Assembly: GCA_963662545.2 (NCBI GenBank) | Contig: CAXXLL010000002.1 | Location: forward strand, 1,952,001 to 2,016,000 | DNA: 64,000 bases | Reading direction: 5' to 3' | Source of the DNA: Gammaproteobacteria bacterium | GTDB lineage: Bacteria; Pseudomonadota; Gammaproteobacteria; Ga0077536 | Shown: piece by piece, positions 10,255 through 20,206 of the stretch | How positions within the stretch are numbered: position 1 is the first letter of the stretch | How the letters are laid out: every line of letters begins with the position of its first letter | Translations under genes and position numbers: made by a program | The notes under the pieces: model-generated | What the model was told of the DNA's origin: nothing | Seen by the model: only the letters and a program-made list of their open reading frames with translations | The model's database searches: none

Positions 10255-10416
10255 GGAACCTCTGAATAAGTCATGGTGCGTCTGAATGGTTCATGCAATG
10301 GTGCAGATCAAGGCACGAATCGCAGGTAATAGCGGGGACTAGGGCTAAGGTTCGTGACGTAAGGCTCCGCGATTTCATGGGCAAGGCAGGTGGGCCATGA
10401 CTTTTTCAGAGGTTCC
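10255..10416. mobile_element. MITE family A, copy 1 (162 bp)
   Basis: 22-bp TIRs GGAACCTCTGAATAAGTCATGG / CCATGACTTTTTCAGAGGTTCC, TTAG on both flanks; homologous to 34988-35149 and 36914-37075. Confidence 0.9.
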
Positions 10417-10436
10417 TTAGGTGCCAGTACCGGAGC

Positions 10437-10829
10437 TTATTGGTCGAGCGGGGCGAGGTTACCGATATTCTCTTCCCAGTTTCGCCCATCGAACATGCGG
10501 ATTTCCAGCGCTTCGATCATTTCCGGATCGATGCAATGCAGGTTGACGCTATAGCCCTGTGGGTGTGAGCGCGGCACGTAAAACGATTTCACACCGCAAA
10601 TGGAGCAGAACAAGTGCCGCGCAATTTCGGTATTGAACGTGTAATTCGTCAGTCTGTTTTCGCCTTGCAAGAGCCTGAAGCCACTCCGTGGGACGATTAA
10701 GTGCAGATATGCGGATTTGCGACAGATCGAGCAATTGCACTCTTCGACCTGCAATCGCCTCGGTGCATCGACCTCGAATCTGACTGCACCGCAATGACAG
10801 CTTCCTCGATGCGTTACTTTCTCAGCCAA
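10437..10829 (-). CDS. GFA / CENP-V family protein
   Basis: GSCHCGAVRF, CNCSICRK, FCSICG zinc motifs. Confidence 0.92.
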   Translation of the reverse strand: MAEKVTHRGSCHCGAVRFEVDAPRRLQVEECNCSICRKSAYLHLIVPRSGFRLLQGENRLTNYTFNTEIARHLFCSICGVKSFYVPRSHPQGYSVNLHCIDPEMIEALEIRMFDGRNWEENIGNLAPLDQ

Positions 10830-10913
10830 CGCCTAGCAGCCATCGGAAATCGCGCAGCGCCTGAAGTTTTCAATAGGAATTTCGTCGCTCACGGAAGGAT
10901 GTCTAAGCGCTGT

Positions 10914-11150
10914 CTAGTCGGCTTCCTGCTCGACGCACAAACCCCACATGACCTTGTATCGATTACCAGCGCTGCGCTGAACCGACCACAATGGCTCGTG
11001 AGGTTCGCGAGATAAGCCATTACCCCGCCATGATTCGGATGCAGAGGGGAACATCTCGCGCGTTGCTATGCCTGCGTTGATGAGGCGATCGCGGGTCGCG
11101 CAATACCAAACACCGTACGAATCGCAGTAGACTTCGATTCGATCAGTCAC
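10914..11150 (-). CDS. Small hypothetical protein
   Basis: 78-aa ORF with GTG start filling an intergenic gap; no motif. Confidence 0.4.
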   Translation of the reverse strand: MTDRIEVYCDSYGVWYCATRDRLINAGIATREMFPSASESWRGNGLSREPHEPLWSVQRSAGNRYKVMWGLCVEQEAD

Positions 11151-11452
11151 GCTACGTCCATCCCGGAGCCATAAGACAATGTTAGACTCTTACCTGATGG
11201 GGCGTAAAGCTATAACGAACGGTCCGTTGCAATTCGAGGATTCGTATAATTCGAAATGGGCAATTCGGTTCGGACCGACGATGACGAGCACGATATTTGA
11301 GGGTCGCAGAGCGCGCATTTTTGAAAAATGAGCGTAGATAAGGCGCTCGCCATACGCACCGTGCCAGCCTGCTAGAATCATATAGACGGACGCTGCGCGG
11401 AATAACAGGCGCAAGGCAGTCGTACCATAACTTATTCAAGGGTTTCTTAAGG

Positions 11453-12079
11453 ATGCGAAAGACTGTGGAACTCCCGTCTACCGAAAATGCCTTGCCCGGC
11501 CGTGACACGCCCATTGCAGTGCCGGCGAAGCACTTCGTCCTCGACACACCCCTCAAACCGCCGTTCCCCGAGAATAGCGAACGAGCTTATCTCGGCTTGG
11601 GGTGTTTCTGGGGCGCGGAAAAATGCTTTTGGAACCTGGAAGGTGTGCACTCGACGGCAGTTGGATACGCTGGCGGGCTCACGCCCAATCCAACCTACGA
11701 GGAAGTCTGCACCGGTTTGACCGGGCACAACGAAGTGGTGCAAATCGTGTTTCTTACCGAGCGCGTCAGCTATGCGCGTTTACTTGACATATTTTGGGAG
11801 GCCCACGACCCGACCCAGGGAATGCGCCAGGGTAATGATGCCGGTACCCAGTATCGCTCCGGCATCTATTTCGCGAATGACGAGCAGCGGCGCGCCGCCG
11901 AAGATTCACTCGCACGTTATCAGCAGGTCCTCGCCGCCGCGGGATACGGCGTCATCACCACTGAGATCATTCCCGCCCCGGTGTTTTATTTTGCCGAAGA
12001 CTATCATCAGCAATACCTCGCCAAGAATCCAAACGGCTACTGCGGATTGGGCGGAACCGGGGTGTCTTGCGCCGCATAA
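11453..12079 (+). CDS. msrA: Peptide methionine sulfoxide reductase A
   Basis: [45 protein letters not shown]. Confidence 0.97.
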   Translation: MRKTVELPSTENALPGRDTPIAVPAKHFVLDTPLKPPFPENSERAYLGLGCFWGAEKCFWNLEGVHSTAVGYAGGLTPNPTYEEVCTGLTGHNEVVQIVFLTERVSYARLLDIFWEAHDPTQGMRQGNDAGTQYRSGIYFANDEQRRAAEDSLARYQQVLAAAGYGVITTEIIPAPVFYFAEDYHQQYLAKNPNGYCGLGGTGVSCAA

Positions 12080-12101
12080 AAAGGACGCCCCGAAGGGCGT
12101 C
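12078..12101 (-). terminator. Intrinsic terminator between convergent genes
   Basis: GACGCCC-cgaa-GGGCGTC hairpin with a T5 tail on the minus strand. Confidence 0.6.
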
Positions 12102-12163
12102 AGAGCGATTGCACGCGGGAGAAATGAAATTCAGGTTGCAGGAGCCCGGATATTGCCGTCGAA

Positions 12164-12697
12164 TCAAATGCGCCCGTCGTATTTGAATAAGCCCAGCATC
12201 TCAGCGGCGACTCGACCCGGTATCGGAATGAGATCAGCGCTTGGTTCAGCTGGCCTGGCATGATTGACCGTATTGAAATAGACATCGATCCAGTGCGGCG
12301 CTGCGCGGCGAGTCCGTGACGCCCGGCGCAGCTGAGTAATCACCTCATCCAGCGTGGTCAGGTGCACGCCCAATTGGAGGTCACCCGCCAGCGGAACAAA
12401 GGGTAACCCCCCATCAATGACCACTGGCTGAGTGTCCAGACCAGAATTTTCCAGGCCTTGTGCTGCGAAAACGCTATACGGCAACAAGAGCAACAGCGAC
12501 GAGATCAACATCCATCGCCAGCCCCGCTTTGCCGTATCGAGGGCTCGACCTGTCCGCCGATTTGAACCGGCGCCAATCTCGGCACTGGTGCCTGTAACAT
12601 TCGGTTTCGGCAAGACCGCGGACGGCCTATCGGGCAAGGACGCATCTACCGGCGGCGTCATTGAAAACTTATGCTTGGCCACTTTAGACATTTTCAT
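12164..12697 (-). CDS. Hypothetical membrane-anchored or exported protein
   Basis: Hydrophobic segment WMLISSLLLLLPYSVFA; overlaps the 3' end of the VPLP-CTERM gene; start uncertain. Confidence 0.5.
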   Translation of the reverse strand: MKMSKVAKHKFSMTPPVDASLPDRPSAVLPKPNVTGTSAEIGAGSNRRTGRALDTAKRGWRWMLISSLLLLLPYSVFAAQGLENSGLDTQPVVIDGGLPFVPLAGDLQLGVHLTTLDEVITQLRRASRTRRAAPHWIDVYFNTVNHARPAEPSADLIPIPGRVAAEMLGLFKYDGRI

Positions 12698-13286
12698 GAT
12701 GCTCCGAGATTTGCATCAATTCGGATTCGGAACCCGTTCCGCGACGCGTGAAACCGGCGAAGGCCATCGCTGACAGCATCAGCACCACGGAATTCGGCAG
12801 CGGCACGGCTGCGGCGCCCGGATTATTGAAATAGTTGTCGATCAATGACGTGTTGATGGCGGAGAATGCGGTCGTACTCGACCAGGCGTTGCTCCCCCGC
12901 TGTGTGGAGTCGAACATGAAGGTGCCGGAACCCTGGATGGTGTAGTTCACGCCGTCGAACAGCACGTTCGCCCATTGGAAACTGACCTGTGGGACCTGGT
13001 AATCGAATGTGAGGCGCAGCTGTCCTTGCGGGGGCTGTACAGTCGGACCCGAATACACGATCTCGGCAGGGGTTAGAACGTTGTTAATCCAGGTGTTCAT
13101 CTGCCCGCCGAAGCTGAGATTCGTAAACTGCAGTGCGGCCACGTCGTCCGAGAAGAAGAATCCGTAGTTCATCTCGTCGGTATTGGAGAACCGGATCGAT
13201 TGGGTTGCGGCGGGGGCGGCGAGCGCCCCTCCCATCAACATGAGGGCCAAAGTGTATTTGGCCAGTTTTTCCCATTTTGCGTGCAT
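12684..13286 (-). CDS. PEP-CTERM / VPLPA-CTERM sorting-signal surface protein
   Basis: Signal peptide; Ser/Thr/Asn-rich body; C-terminal VPLPNS + hydrophobic helix + RR. Confidence 0.82.
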   Translation of the reverse strand: MHAKWEKLAKYTLALMLMGGALAAPAATQSIRFSNTDEMNYGFFFSDDVAALQFTNLSFGGQMNTWINNVLTPAEIVYSGPTVQPPQGQLRLTFDYQVPQVSFQWANVLFDGVNYTIQGSGTFMFDSTQRGSNAWSSTTAFSAINTSLIDNYFNNPGAAAVPLPNSVVLMLSAMAFAGFTRRGTGSESELMQISEHHENV

Positions 13287-13321
13287 CGTTGTATCCAAAT
13301 AGCTTGATTTTGCCTAGATCG

Positions 13322-13338
13322 AGCAATTCAGATGCCAG
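13322..13338 (-). promoter_or_regulatory. Sigma54 (-24/-12) promoter
   Basis: Minus strand CTGGCATCTGAATTGCT = TGGCA-N6-TTGC, GG-N10-GC spacing, about 35 bp upstream of ATG 13286. Confidence 0.7.
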
Positions 13339-13370
13339 AAACGCGGAAGAAAGGGTGATCACTGAGAATA

Positions 13371-13497
13371 TGTGACGACAGTCACACGCGATGCGCGCAA
13401 CTCTGTGACGCGATCCCCAAACCGGCCCGTGGTTTGTGATCGGTATCACAGAGGAGCTTGTGGACTCCGCGAAGTATCTTTTGTGACGTCGTCGACA
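13371..13497. promoter_or_regulatory. Array of TGTGA-N6-TCACA / TGT-N10-ACA boxes
   Basis: Perfect boxes at 13371-13386 and 13435-13450; TGT-N10-ACA at 13482-13497; half match at 13404-13419. Confidence 0.65.
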
Positions 13498-13567
13498 GTT
13501 CGACAGCCGGCCGCCAGGCAGGGCCCGCCTGGCGACGCAAAATGTCGTCAATAAGTGACGCGCAAGG

Positions 13568-15823
13568 TCATGTTGCCGCAGCCACGCGGATAGGCAGAGA
13601 GTTGATCCTTTTATCGGTCAAAATCGATACCGCGTTGGCGACTGCCGGTGCGATAGGCGGGGTGCCCGGTTCGCCGACGCCGCCGGGTTCCGCCCCGCTT
13701 TCGATCACATGGGTCTCTATGCGCGGCATTTCCTTCAAGGAGAGCATGCGGTAATCCGGGAAATTCCACTGCATGATGCGCCCACCCTCGACCCGGACCT
13801 CGCCGTACAAGGCCGCTGTCAGCCCAAAAACGATGCCGCTTTCCATCTGCGCGATGACGATATCCGGATTGACGACGCGCCCGCAATCGATGACGCAGAC
13901 CACTCGATGCACCCGAATCTGCCCCTTATCTAGGGACACTTCAGCGATTTGCCCCACGATCGAACCAAAAGATTCGTGCAGGGCGACGCCCCGCGCGTGA
14001 CCTGCGCCAAGCGCCTCGCTCCAGCCTGCCGAATCGCGCAGCAGCTTGAGTACGCGGGTTTCGCGCGGATGGTTCTCAAGGTGAGAGAGCCGGAAATCGA
14101 TCGGATCCGCCCCCGCCGCGGCAGCCAATTCATCCATGAAACACTCCGTGAAAAAAGCATTGAATGAATTCCCAACACTGCGCCAGAAACCGATTGGGAC
14201 GTGACTCTCTACGGCCGTGTGTTCGACCAGTCGATGGGGTGTTGCATAGGACAGGAAAGCGGCGCCTTCGGCGTTGGTGCGGTCGGGGCCGCCCAGTGGA
14301 AGATTCGGAAACGCGCGGCCGAGAACCGCCTGACCGACCGACGGCGAAGCGATCTGATTGTGCCAGGCCAGAATGCGCCCGTCATCGTCCAGGCGCGCCC
14401 TAAACCTCGAAAGGGCCGGTGGCCGATACGTGTCGTGCTGAATATCCTCTTCGCGCGAATAGACGAGTTTCACCGAGATGCCGGGCAAGCGCTGAGCAAT
14501 GCTGATCGCGCGGAGCATGACATCAGGCTCGCCGCGACGACCAAAGCCACCACCTAACAGGGGGGTGTGGATGTGAACGTCCTCGGCGGGAAGGTCGAGT
14601 CGCCGGGCCGCAATCATTCGCAGCAGGTCCGGCGCCTGATTCCCCTGCCAGATATCGGCGCGATCGCCGGTGATTCGAACCGAGCAGTTCATCGGCTCCA
14701 TACAGGCATGGGCGAGAAGGGGGACCCGATACTCAGCGACAATGGCGTCTTTCCCGGTCAGTTGCTCGACGGCGTCGCCTTTACTTTCGTAAGTAAAGAA
14801 ATCGCCATCGTCGAGAGCTTGTTCGAACGCTTCAAGCATGCTCGATGACGAGACTGCGGCGTGCGGCCCGGGGGCGAATTCAATTTCGAGCGCGTCGAGT
14901 GCCTGCTGTGCGTGCCAGTAATTATCGGCAACGACAGCCACCGCGTCCTCCAGTTCGACGATTTCGACGAGGCCCGGCATCGATTCGGTTTTGTGCGCGT
15001 CGACCTTGACCAGCGAACCGCCGAACACAGGGGACGTCTTGACTGCGGCGACGAGAAGATCGTCGGTGGTGAAATCGATGCCGAACTCGGCGCCGCCCAC
15101 GACTTTTGCAGGAACGTCGGTCCGCGGAACCGGTTTTCCAAGTAAGCGAAAATCGGGCCCCGGCTTCAATGCGACGTCGGGCACGGGATCGAGACGCGCT
15201 GCTTCTATCGCTAGGGCGCCGTACGTCAAGGAACGGCCGGTTGCGGCGTGAGTCACCACGCCTTCTTCAGTGTCAAGGTCGTTGGGATGAACTTCGAGTC
15301 GCGCCGCCGCGGCACGCACCAGCATGTCACGCGCCGCCGCGCCCGCCGTGCGCATCGGCAGCCAGGCATCGCGCACACTGGTACTCCCGCCCGTTATTTG
15401 GACAGCCAGCATGCGTCCGACCCGTGCAAAGGTCCATCGTGCCGTTGACGGTAGCCAGGATTTGTCGTTTGGATCGAAGGGAGCACTGTTGATCATCACG
15501 ACGATGTTGCCATAGACAGAATCGATCGGTGCCTGTTCGACCCGAATCGCGCTCCAGGCGACATCGAGTTCTTCGGCGACGAGCATGGGCAGCGAAGTGT
15601 AGACACCCTGTCCCATTTCGGCGCGCGGGACCGCAACGGTGACTACGCCGTCCCCGCCGATCTTGAGCCACGCATTCAGAGCAACTTCGCCTTCGCCCAC
15701 TGGGAAGACGTCAGGGTCACCCAACAGATCACGGGGTTTGAACAGGCCGTACCCGACCAACAATCCGCCGCCAACGAGCGCACCGGTTAACAGAAAGCGG
15801 CGGCGGCCCGGTGAAAAACTCAT
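13568..15823 (-). CDS. Xanthine dehydrogenase-family molybdopterin subunit (IorB-like), probable Tat substrate
   Basis: [12 protein letters not shown]; [40 protein letters not shown]; ATG overlaps upstream TGA. Confidence 0.92.
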   Translation of the reverse strand: MSFSPGRRRFLLTGALVGGGLLVGYGLFKPRDLLGDPDVFPVGEGEVALNAWLKIGGDGVVTVAVPRAEMGQGVYTSLPMLVAEELDVAWSAIRVEQAPIDSVYGNIVVMINSAPFDPNDKSWLPSTARWTFARVGRMLAVQITGGSTSVRDAWLPMRTAGAAARDMLVRAAAARLEVHPNDLDTEEGVVTHAATGRSLTYGALAIEAARLDPVPDVALKPGPDFRLLGKPVPRTDVPAKVVGGAEFGIDFTTDDLLVAAVKTSPVFGGSLVKVDAHKTESMPGLVEIVELEDAVAVVADNYWHAQQALDALEIEFAPGPHAAVSSSSMLEAFEQALDDGDFFTYESKGDAVEQLTGKDAIVAEYRVPLLAHACMEPMNCSVRITGDRADIWQGNQAPDLLRMIAARRLDLPAEDVHIHTPLLGGGFGRRGEPDVMLRAISIAQRLPGISVKLVYSREEDIQHDTYRPPALSRFRARLDDDGRILAWHNQIASPSVGQAVLGRAFPNLPLGGPDRTNAEGAAFLSYATPHRLVEHTAVESHVPIGFWRSVGNSFNAFFTECFMDELAAAAGADPIDFRLSHLENHPRETRVLKLLRDSAGWSEALGAGHARGVALHESFGSIVGQIAEVSLDKGQIRVHRVVCVIDCGRVVNPDIVIAQMESGIVFGLTAALYGEVRVEGGRIMQWNFPDYRMLSLKEMPRIETHVIESGAEPGGVGEPGTPPIAPAVANAVSILTDKRINSLPIRVAAAT

Positions 15824-16296
15824 TGGTCTTGCTGATTTGCCATAGTCGTTGCCCGATGGATCGCGCGACGTACCCGCTGGTAGGTGCCGCAACGACAGAT
15901 ATTCGTCATTGTCCGATCGATGTCTTCGTCGCTCGGAGATGGCTTTTCGTTCAGTAGCGCCGCAGCGGCCATGATCATGCCGGACTGGCAGTACCCACAT
16001 TGCGGGACTTGTTCGGTAATCCAAGCCTGCTGAATCGGATGCAACCGTTTCCTGGCCAGTCCCTCGATTGTGGTAATCGATTTTCCAGCAACTACCGCAA
16101 CCGGCAGTTTGCAGGTGCGTACCGCACGACCGCCGACGTGCACGGTACAGGCACCGCAGGCAGCAACCCCGCACCCGAATTTGGTTCCGGTCAACCCGAG
16201 CACGTCGCGCAACACCCATAACAGAGGCATGTCGGGATCGACTTCCAAAGTGACGGCATCGCCGTTTACAGTCATGGACAATTCCATGAAGCTCAC
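15820..16296 (-). CDS. (2Fe-2S)-binding small subunit (IorA-like)
   Basis: [30 protein letters not shown]. Confidence 0.95.
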   Translation of the reverse strand: MSFMELSMTVNGDAVTLEVDPDMPLLWVLRDVLGLTGTKFGCGVAACGACTVHVGGRAVRTCKLPVAVVAGKSITTIEGLARKRLHPIQQAWITEQVPQCGYCQSGMIMAAAALLNEKPSPSDEDIDRTMTNICRCGTYQRVRRAIHRATTMANQQDQ

Positions 16297-16431
16297 GCTA
16301 ACGTCGTTTCCGGTTCTTGTCCAGATAGACCGTAGACGCCTTCATGTGAATCGACGAAACTGCCGTCTGCCGCGCGTACGATTGGACAGCGGTGCCTACG
16401 GAGGATCACGAGTTCGATGAAGTGATGGACG

Positions 16432-17190
16432 ATGATGCCGAAACAAACTTGGAATCCTGACAAGTACGCACGACATGCGGGGTTCGTAGCCGAACTCGGA
16501 GGCGATTTGATCGAGATGCTCGCCCCGGCACGGGGTGAAATGATCCTCGACCTCGGCTGCGGGGACGGGGCGCTCACCGCGAAGCTTCTATCACTTGGTT
16601 GCCGCGTCCTCGCCATCGACAGCAGCGCCGAACAGGTTGCAGCGGCGGCGGCGCGCAATCTTGACGCGCAGGTCGTGGACGCCGAGGCGATGACTTATGA
16701 AGCCGCTTTCGAAGGCGTGTTCAGCAACGCCGCCCTGCACTGGATGAAACGGCCCGAGGCCGTGATCGATGGCGTCTGGCGGGCGTTGCGTCCGGCGGGA
16801 CGATTCGTTGGCGAAATGGGCGGCGCGCGAAACGTACAGGCCGTGGTCGATGCCGTTACCAAAGTTCTCGGCGAGCGGGGCATTGACGCCGTGGCATGCA
16901 ATCCGTGGTTCTTCCCGGACGAAGCGACCTACCGTAAACTGCTTCAGGATCAGGGATTCGACGTCGAATTCATGCAACTGTTTCCGCGCCCAACGCCGCT
17001 CGACGGCGACATCGTGCATTGGCTGAAACTTTTCACGCAGTCCTTTGTTGCGGACGTCGATGAGAGCGAACACGAGGGAATTTATTCCGCCGTCAGCGCC
17101 CAGCTGGAAACTACCCTGCGAGACGATGACGGGAATTGGTTCGTGGATTACGTGCGCCTGCGTTTCAAGGCGATCAAGCCCGCGAGCTAA
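16432..17190 (+). CDS. Class I SAM-dependent methyltransferase (Tam-like)
   Basis: ILDLGCGDG, VFSNAALHW, DYVRLRF. Confidence 0.9.
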   Translation: MMPKQTWNPDKYARHAGFVAELGGDLIEMLAPARGEMILDLGCGDGALTAKLLSLGCRVLAIDSSAEQVAAAAARNLDAQVVDAEAMTYEAAFEGVFSNAALHWMKRPEAVIDGVWRALRPAGRFVGEMGGARNVQAVVDAVTKVLGERGIDAVACNPWFFPDEATYRKLLQDQGFDVEFMQLFPRPTPLDGDIVHWLKLFTQSFVADVDESEHEGIYSAVSAQLETTLRDDDGNWFVDYVRLRFKAIKPAS

Positions 17191-17214
17191 GGAACCTCTG
17201 AATAAGTCATGGTG
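17187..17214. repeat. Solo family-A MITE terminus
   Basis: CTAA + GGAACCTCTGAATAAGTCATGGTG, 24/24 match to the family-A left end; no internal part or second TIR. Confidence 0.85.
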
Positions 17215-17994
17215 GTCGCGAGCGCATTAACGATCGACAGGCGCGGGACGCCCCGGGGTAGCGTGATTTATGCGGCCCTGCAGGGTGTCACCGCTCTCAA
17301 CGTCGTAGACGCGGAGATTCTGACCCGCGCAGCGTCGGTACTCGCGGAGGCCCTACAGCAACCGGGGGTACGCTGCCTGGTATTGTCGGGACGCGACGAC
17401 CGGACTTTCATCGGCGGTGCCAATCTGCACGCGCTGCGTAACCTCGATCAGAATTCGGCCGAACCCTTTATTCGGTCGATTCACGATTTCTGCGCCGCGC
17501 TTCGCGGCGCACGGGTGCCCGTAATCGCCGCGATGCGAGGTTACTGTCTCGGCGCCGGACTCGAGATTGCAGCGGCTTGCGATATTCGCGTGGGTGATCG
17601 GTCCGTGCGTTGCGGAATGCCGGAAGTTCGAGTCGGCGTGCCATCGGTCGTCGAGGCCGCTTTGCTGCCGAACCTCATCGGTTGGGGCAAAGCCCGGGAA
17701 CTGCTTTTCCGCGGCAATATTATCGATGCCGAGGAAGCCAAGGCAGTCGGGCTGTTGCAACACCTCGTCGACCCCGAGATGCTGGACGAACGAGTCGACG
17801 ACATCGTGCAAGACATCATCGCCGGCGCTCCGGGGGCTATAGCTGCGCAAAAGCGCCTGCTGTCTAAATGGGAGGACAGTAGCCTTACACAGGCGATCGA
17901 ACTGGGCGTCGCCGCGCTCGTCGAGGCCTATGCCGGTGATGAGCCACAGGTTTATATCGATCGATTTTTCGAGGAACGCGGAAAACGCCGCTGA
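17209..17994 (+). CDS. Enoyl-CoA hydratase/isomerase family protein
   Basis: FIGGANL, GYCLGAGLEIAAACDIR, GMPEVRVG. Confidence 0.9.
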   Translation: MVVASALTIDRRGTPRGSVIYAALQGVTALNVVDAEILTRAASVLAEALQQPGVRCLVLSGRDDRTFIGGANLHALRNLDQNSAEPFIRSIHDFCAALRGARVPVIAAMRGYCLGAGLEIAAACDIRVGDRSVRCGMPEVRVGVPSVVEAALLPNLIGWGKARELLFRGNIIDAEEAKAVGLLQHLVDPEMLDERVDDIVQDIIAGAPGAIAAQKRLLSKWEDSSLTQAIELGVAALVEAYAGDEPQVYIDRFFEERGKRR

Positions 17995-18064
17995 TCGCTC
18001 TGATGGCGCTGACGGAGCAGGGCGATCAACTACGTTATCTGCGACGATGCGCAATCGATATTAG

Positions 18065-18325
18065 AACCTATCTCAAAATTATCCGCCTGTGCGTTGTGCG
18101 TGGGCGCGCGATGGTGAGGCGCAGTGCGCAGGGCTGAGTTCCGCTATGTACAAGCGCTGCAACGAAGCCAGCGCGCGCCCACGCGCAACCCGAGGCCTAA
18201 GGCGATTTTCACGCATTTCGGCGTTGCTCGTCGCTCATTTAGCTGATGCTTTGCCACGCTCCTCGCGCCTTGATACTCGGCGAAAATTGCTCCCGGCGCA
18301 CACGTGGATAATTTTGAGATAGGTT
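18065..18325. mobile_element. MITE family B, copy 1 (261 bp)
   Basis: 20-bp perfect TIRs AACCTATCTCAAAATTATCC / GGATAATTTTGAGATAGGTT, flanks TTAG / CTAA; inverted homolog at 36381-36642. Confidence 0.9.
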
Positions 18326-18352
18326 CTAATAACAGGTTGCATGCCTCGCCTT

Positions 18353-19297
18353 TTAAACCCCCTGGTTCAAGCTCTCTAGATGCATTGTTACGCATTCGCT
18401 CAGACGTTCAAGATGATAGCCGCCTTCGAGCACGGATAGCAGTCGACCGCCCGCATACCTGTCGGCTACTTCCATGAGCCGATCGGACATCCAGCCGAAA
18501 AATTCCGTCGTTAGCCGTACATCAGCCAAGGGGTCGTCGCCATGTGCGTCGAACCCTGCGGAGACAATCACGCATTCAGGAGCAAACGCTTCCAGCCTGG
18601 GGATGATCTGCCCGACGAAAGCGCGCTCGTAATCGGCATCCGTCGCGCCCGCCGGCATCGGACAGTTGAGCGTCGCGCCCTGGCCGCGGCCGACGCCCGT
18701 CTCCGACGCCGCGCCTGTACCAGGATAATAAGGATACTGGTGCGTGCTCACGTACAGCACCGACGGATCGGCTTCAAAGCTGTGTTGGGTGCCGTTACCG
18801 TGGTGCACGTCAAAGTCGACGATGGCGATCTTGTCGAAATCGTGCCGGTTCTGCAGATATTTGGCCAGAATTGCGACGTTGTTGAACAGGCAGAAACCCA
18901 TGGCCGCCTCGCGCTCGGCATGATGTCCCGGCGGCCGTAGCAGGGCGAATCCGTTATCAATAACCCCTGCTACGACCGCATCGGCCAGAACCAGCGGTGC
19001 ACCCGCCGCTAGATAGGCAACGTCGCAAGATCCCTCCGAGATCGTTACATCGGCCGTATCCAGGAAAGGCGCGCCACTTTCGCATGCCTGTGCGGCCCGC
19101 TTGATGTAGGTCAAACTATGTACGGCTTCAATAAGCTCGACGTCCGCTGCTCGCGCCTCCAGGCGTTCAAGCGATCCGTACCAGGGTAACTTACCTAGCG
19201 TCGACATAACGGCGGTCATACGCGCGGGGCGTTCCGGATGCCCGGGTCCAGTGTCATGAGACAGAAATCGATCGTCGTATACGAATCCCGTTGTCAC
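18353..19297 (-). CDS. Histone deacetylase-family amidohydrolase
   Basis: HPERPAR, RPPGHHA, GFCLFNNVA, DFDVHHGNGT, SAGFDAH..DPL, LEGGY. Confidence 0.95.
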   Translation of the reverse strand: MTTGFVYDDRFLSHDTGPGHPERPARMTAVMSTLGKLPWYGSLERLEARAADVELIEAVHSLTYIKRAAQACESGAPFLDTADVTISEGSCDVAYLAAGAPLVLADAVVAGVIDNGFALLRPPGHHAEREAAMGFCLFNNVAILAKYLQNRHDFDKIAIVDFDVHHGNGTQHSFEADPSVLYVSTHQYPYYPGTGAASETGVGRGQGATLNCPMPAGATDADYERAFVGQIIPRLEAFAPECVIVSAGFDAHGDDPLADVRLTTEFFGWMSDRLMEVADRYAGGRLLSVLEGGYHLERLSECVTMHLESLNQGV

Positions 19298-19481
19298 ACT
19301 CGCTCCCAGTCACCGAGTTTGCGGACTATTCATTCGAGAATGCCCCGGGTGGGTGATGCTATCCCAAATCCGCGTAGGTGATCTCGCTGTAGTCAGTACC
19401 TACCACGCGACTGAGAAAATCTTCTCCCACGTGGATGCCCGGGAGTTCGCCGTGCATGATCGCAATCGAAGTCCGCGATCT

Positions 19482-20039
19482 ATGAAAACTCTGCCCGATT
19501 TCATCGAAGAACCGCTCGAAATCCTTTCTATAGGTATCAATCCGTCTTTGCACGCCGTTCAGGCCGGTTATCCATTCGCGTTCGAACGCAATCGTTTTTG
19601 GCCTGCGCTCAACGCCTCGCGTTTAATCGATAAGGAACTAACGCCGGGTGTTCACGCCATGCATATCCTGGCGCGCCGATATGGTATGGGTTTCACTGAC
19701 ATCGTCAAAAGACCGACACGCGGCATAAAAGACTTATGCGCCGCTGATTTCGCGCGCTGGGCACCCACTCTGCTCGAAAAAATTGATCGTTTCAAGCCAA
19801 TTATCCTATGGTTCCATGGAAAGATAGCCGCAAAGGAATTCCTGAAACGCGCCGTGCGATGCGATACGGTGCCGCAGTGGGGTTTGCAACCGTTTCGGAT
19901 CTGCCGGGCCGCTTGTTTCGTCTCGCCGAATCCCAGTCCGGCAAACGCGGCCTTTTCATTGGAGCACATCATAGGGAGCTACGACGAACTCGCCGATCTG
20001 CGCGATGAGACGACGATATCGCCCGGCCCGCCGCAGTAA
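19482..20039 (+). CDS. mug: Mismatch-specific uracil-DNA glycosylase (Mug/TDG family)
   Basis: IGINPS, FA..RNRFW, TDIVKRPT, PNPSPAN; start MKTLPD. Confidence 0.82.
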   Translation: MKTLPDFIEEPLEILSIGINPSLHAVQAGYPFAFERNRFWPALNASRLIDKELTPGVHAMHILARRYGMGFTDIVKRPTRGIKDLCAADFARWAPTLLEKIDRFKPIILWFHGKIAAKEFLKRAVRCDTVPQWGLQPFRICRAACFVSPNPSPANAAFSLEHIIGSYDELADLRDETTISPGPPQ

Positions 20040-20206
20040 AAGCATGGTGAAAGTTGCGCCTTAGTCCGCCTATTGCACGATGGCGGCCGCGTCGTTCAGA
20101 GGAGTCGTCGAGCAAACAGCATTGATCACGCCATTCGACGATATTCAAGCAAAACGTAATGGGTACCGCCGTTTACGACCTTCGACGGCACCGCGCGGTG
20201 TAGCGC

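Noticed and set aside
15824-16219. N-terminal 132 aa of the 883-aa ORF
   Set aside because: It overlaps the 2Fe-2S subunit gene in another frame; the real start is the Tat-signal ATG at 15823.
18089-18395. Short ORFs in MITEs (also 36395-36694, 41586-41783, 60843-61067)
   Set aside because: They lie within repeat elements and their mutual similarity is explained by the repeat.
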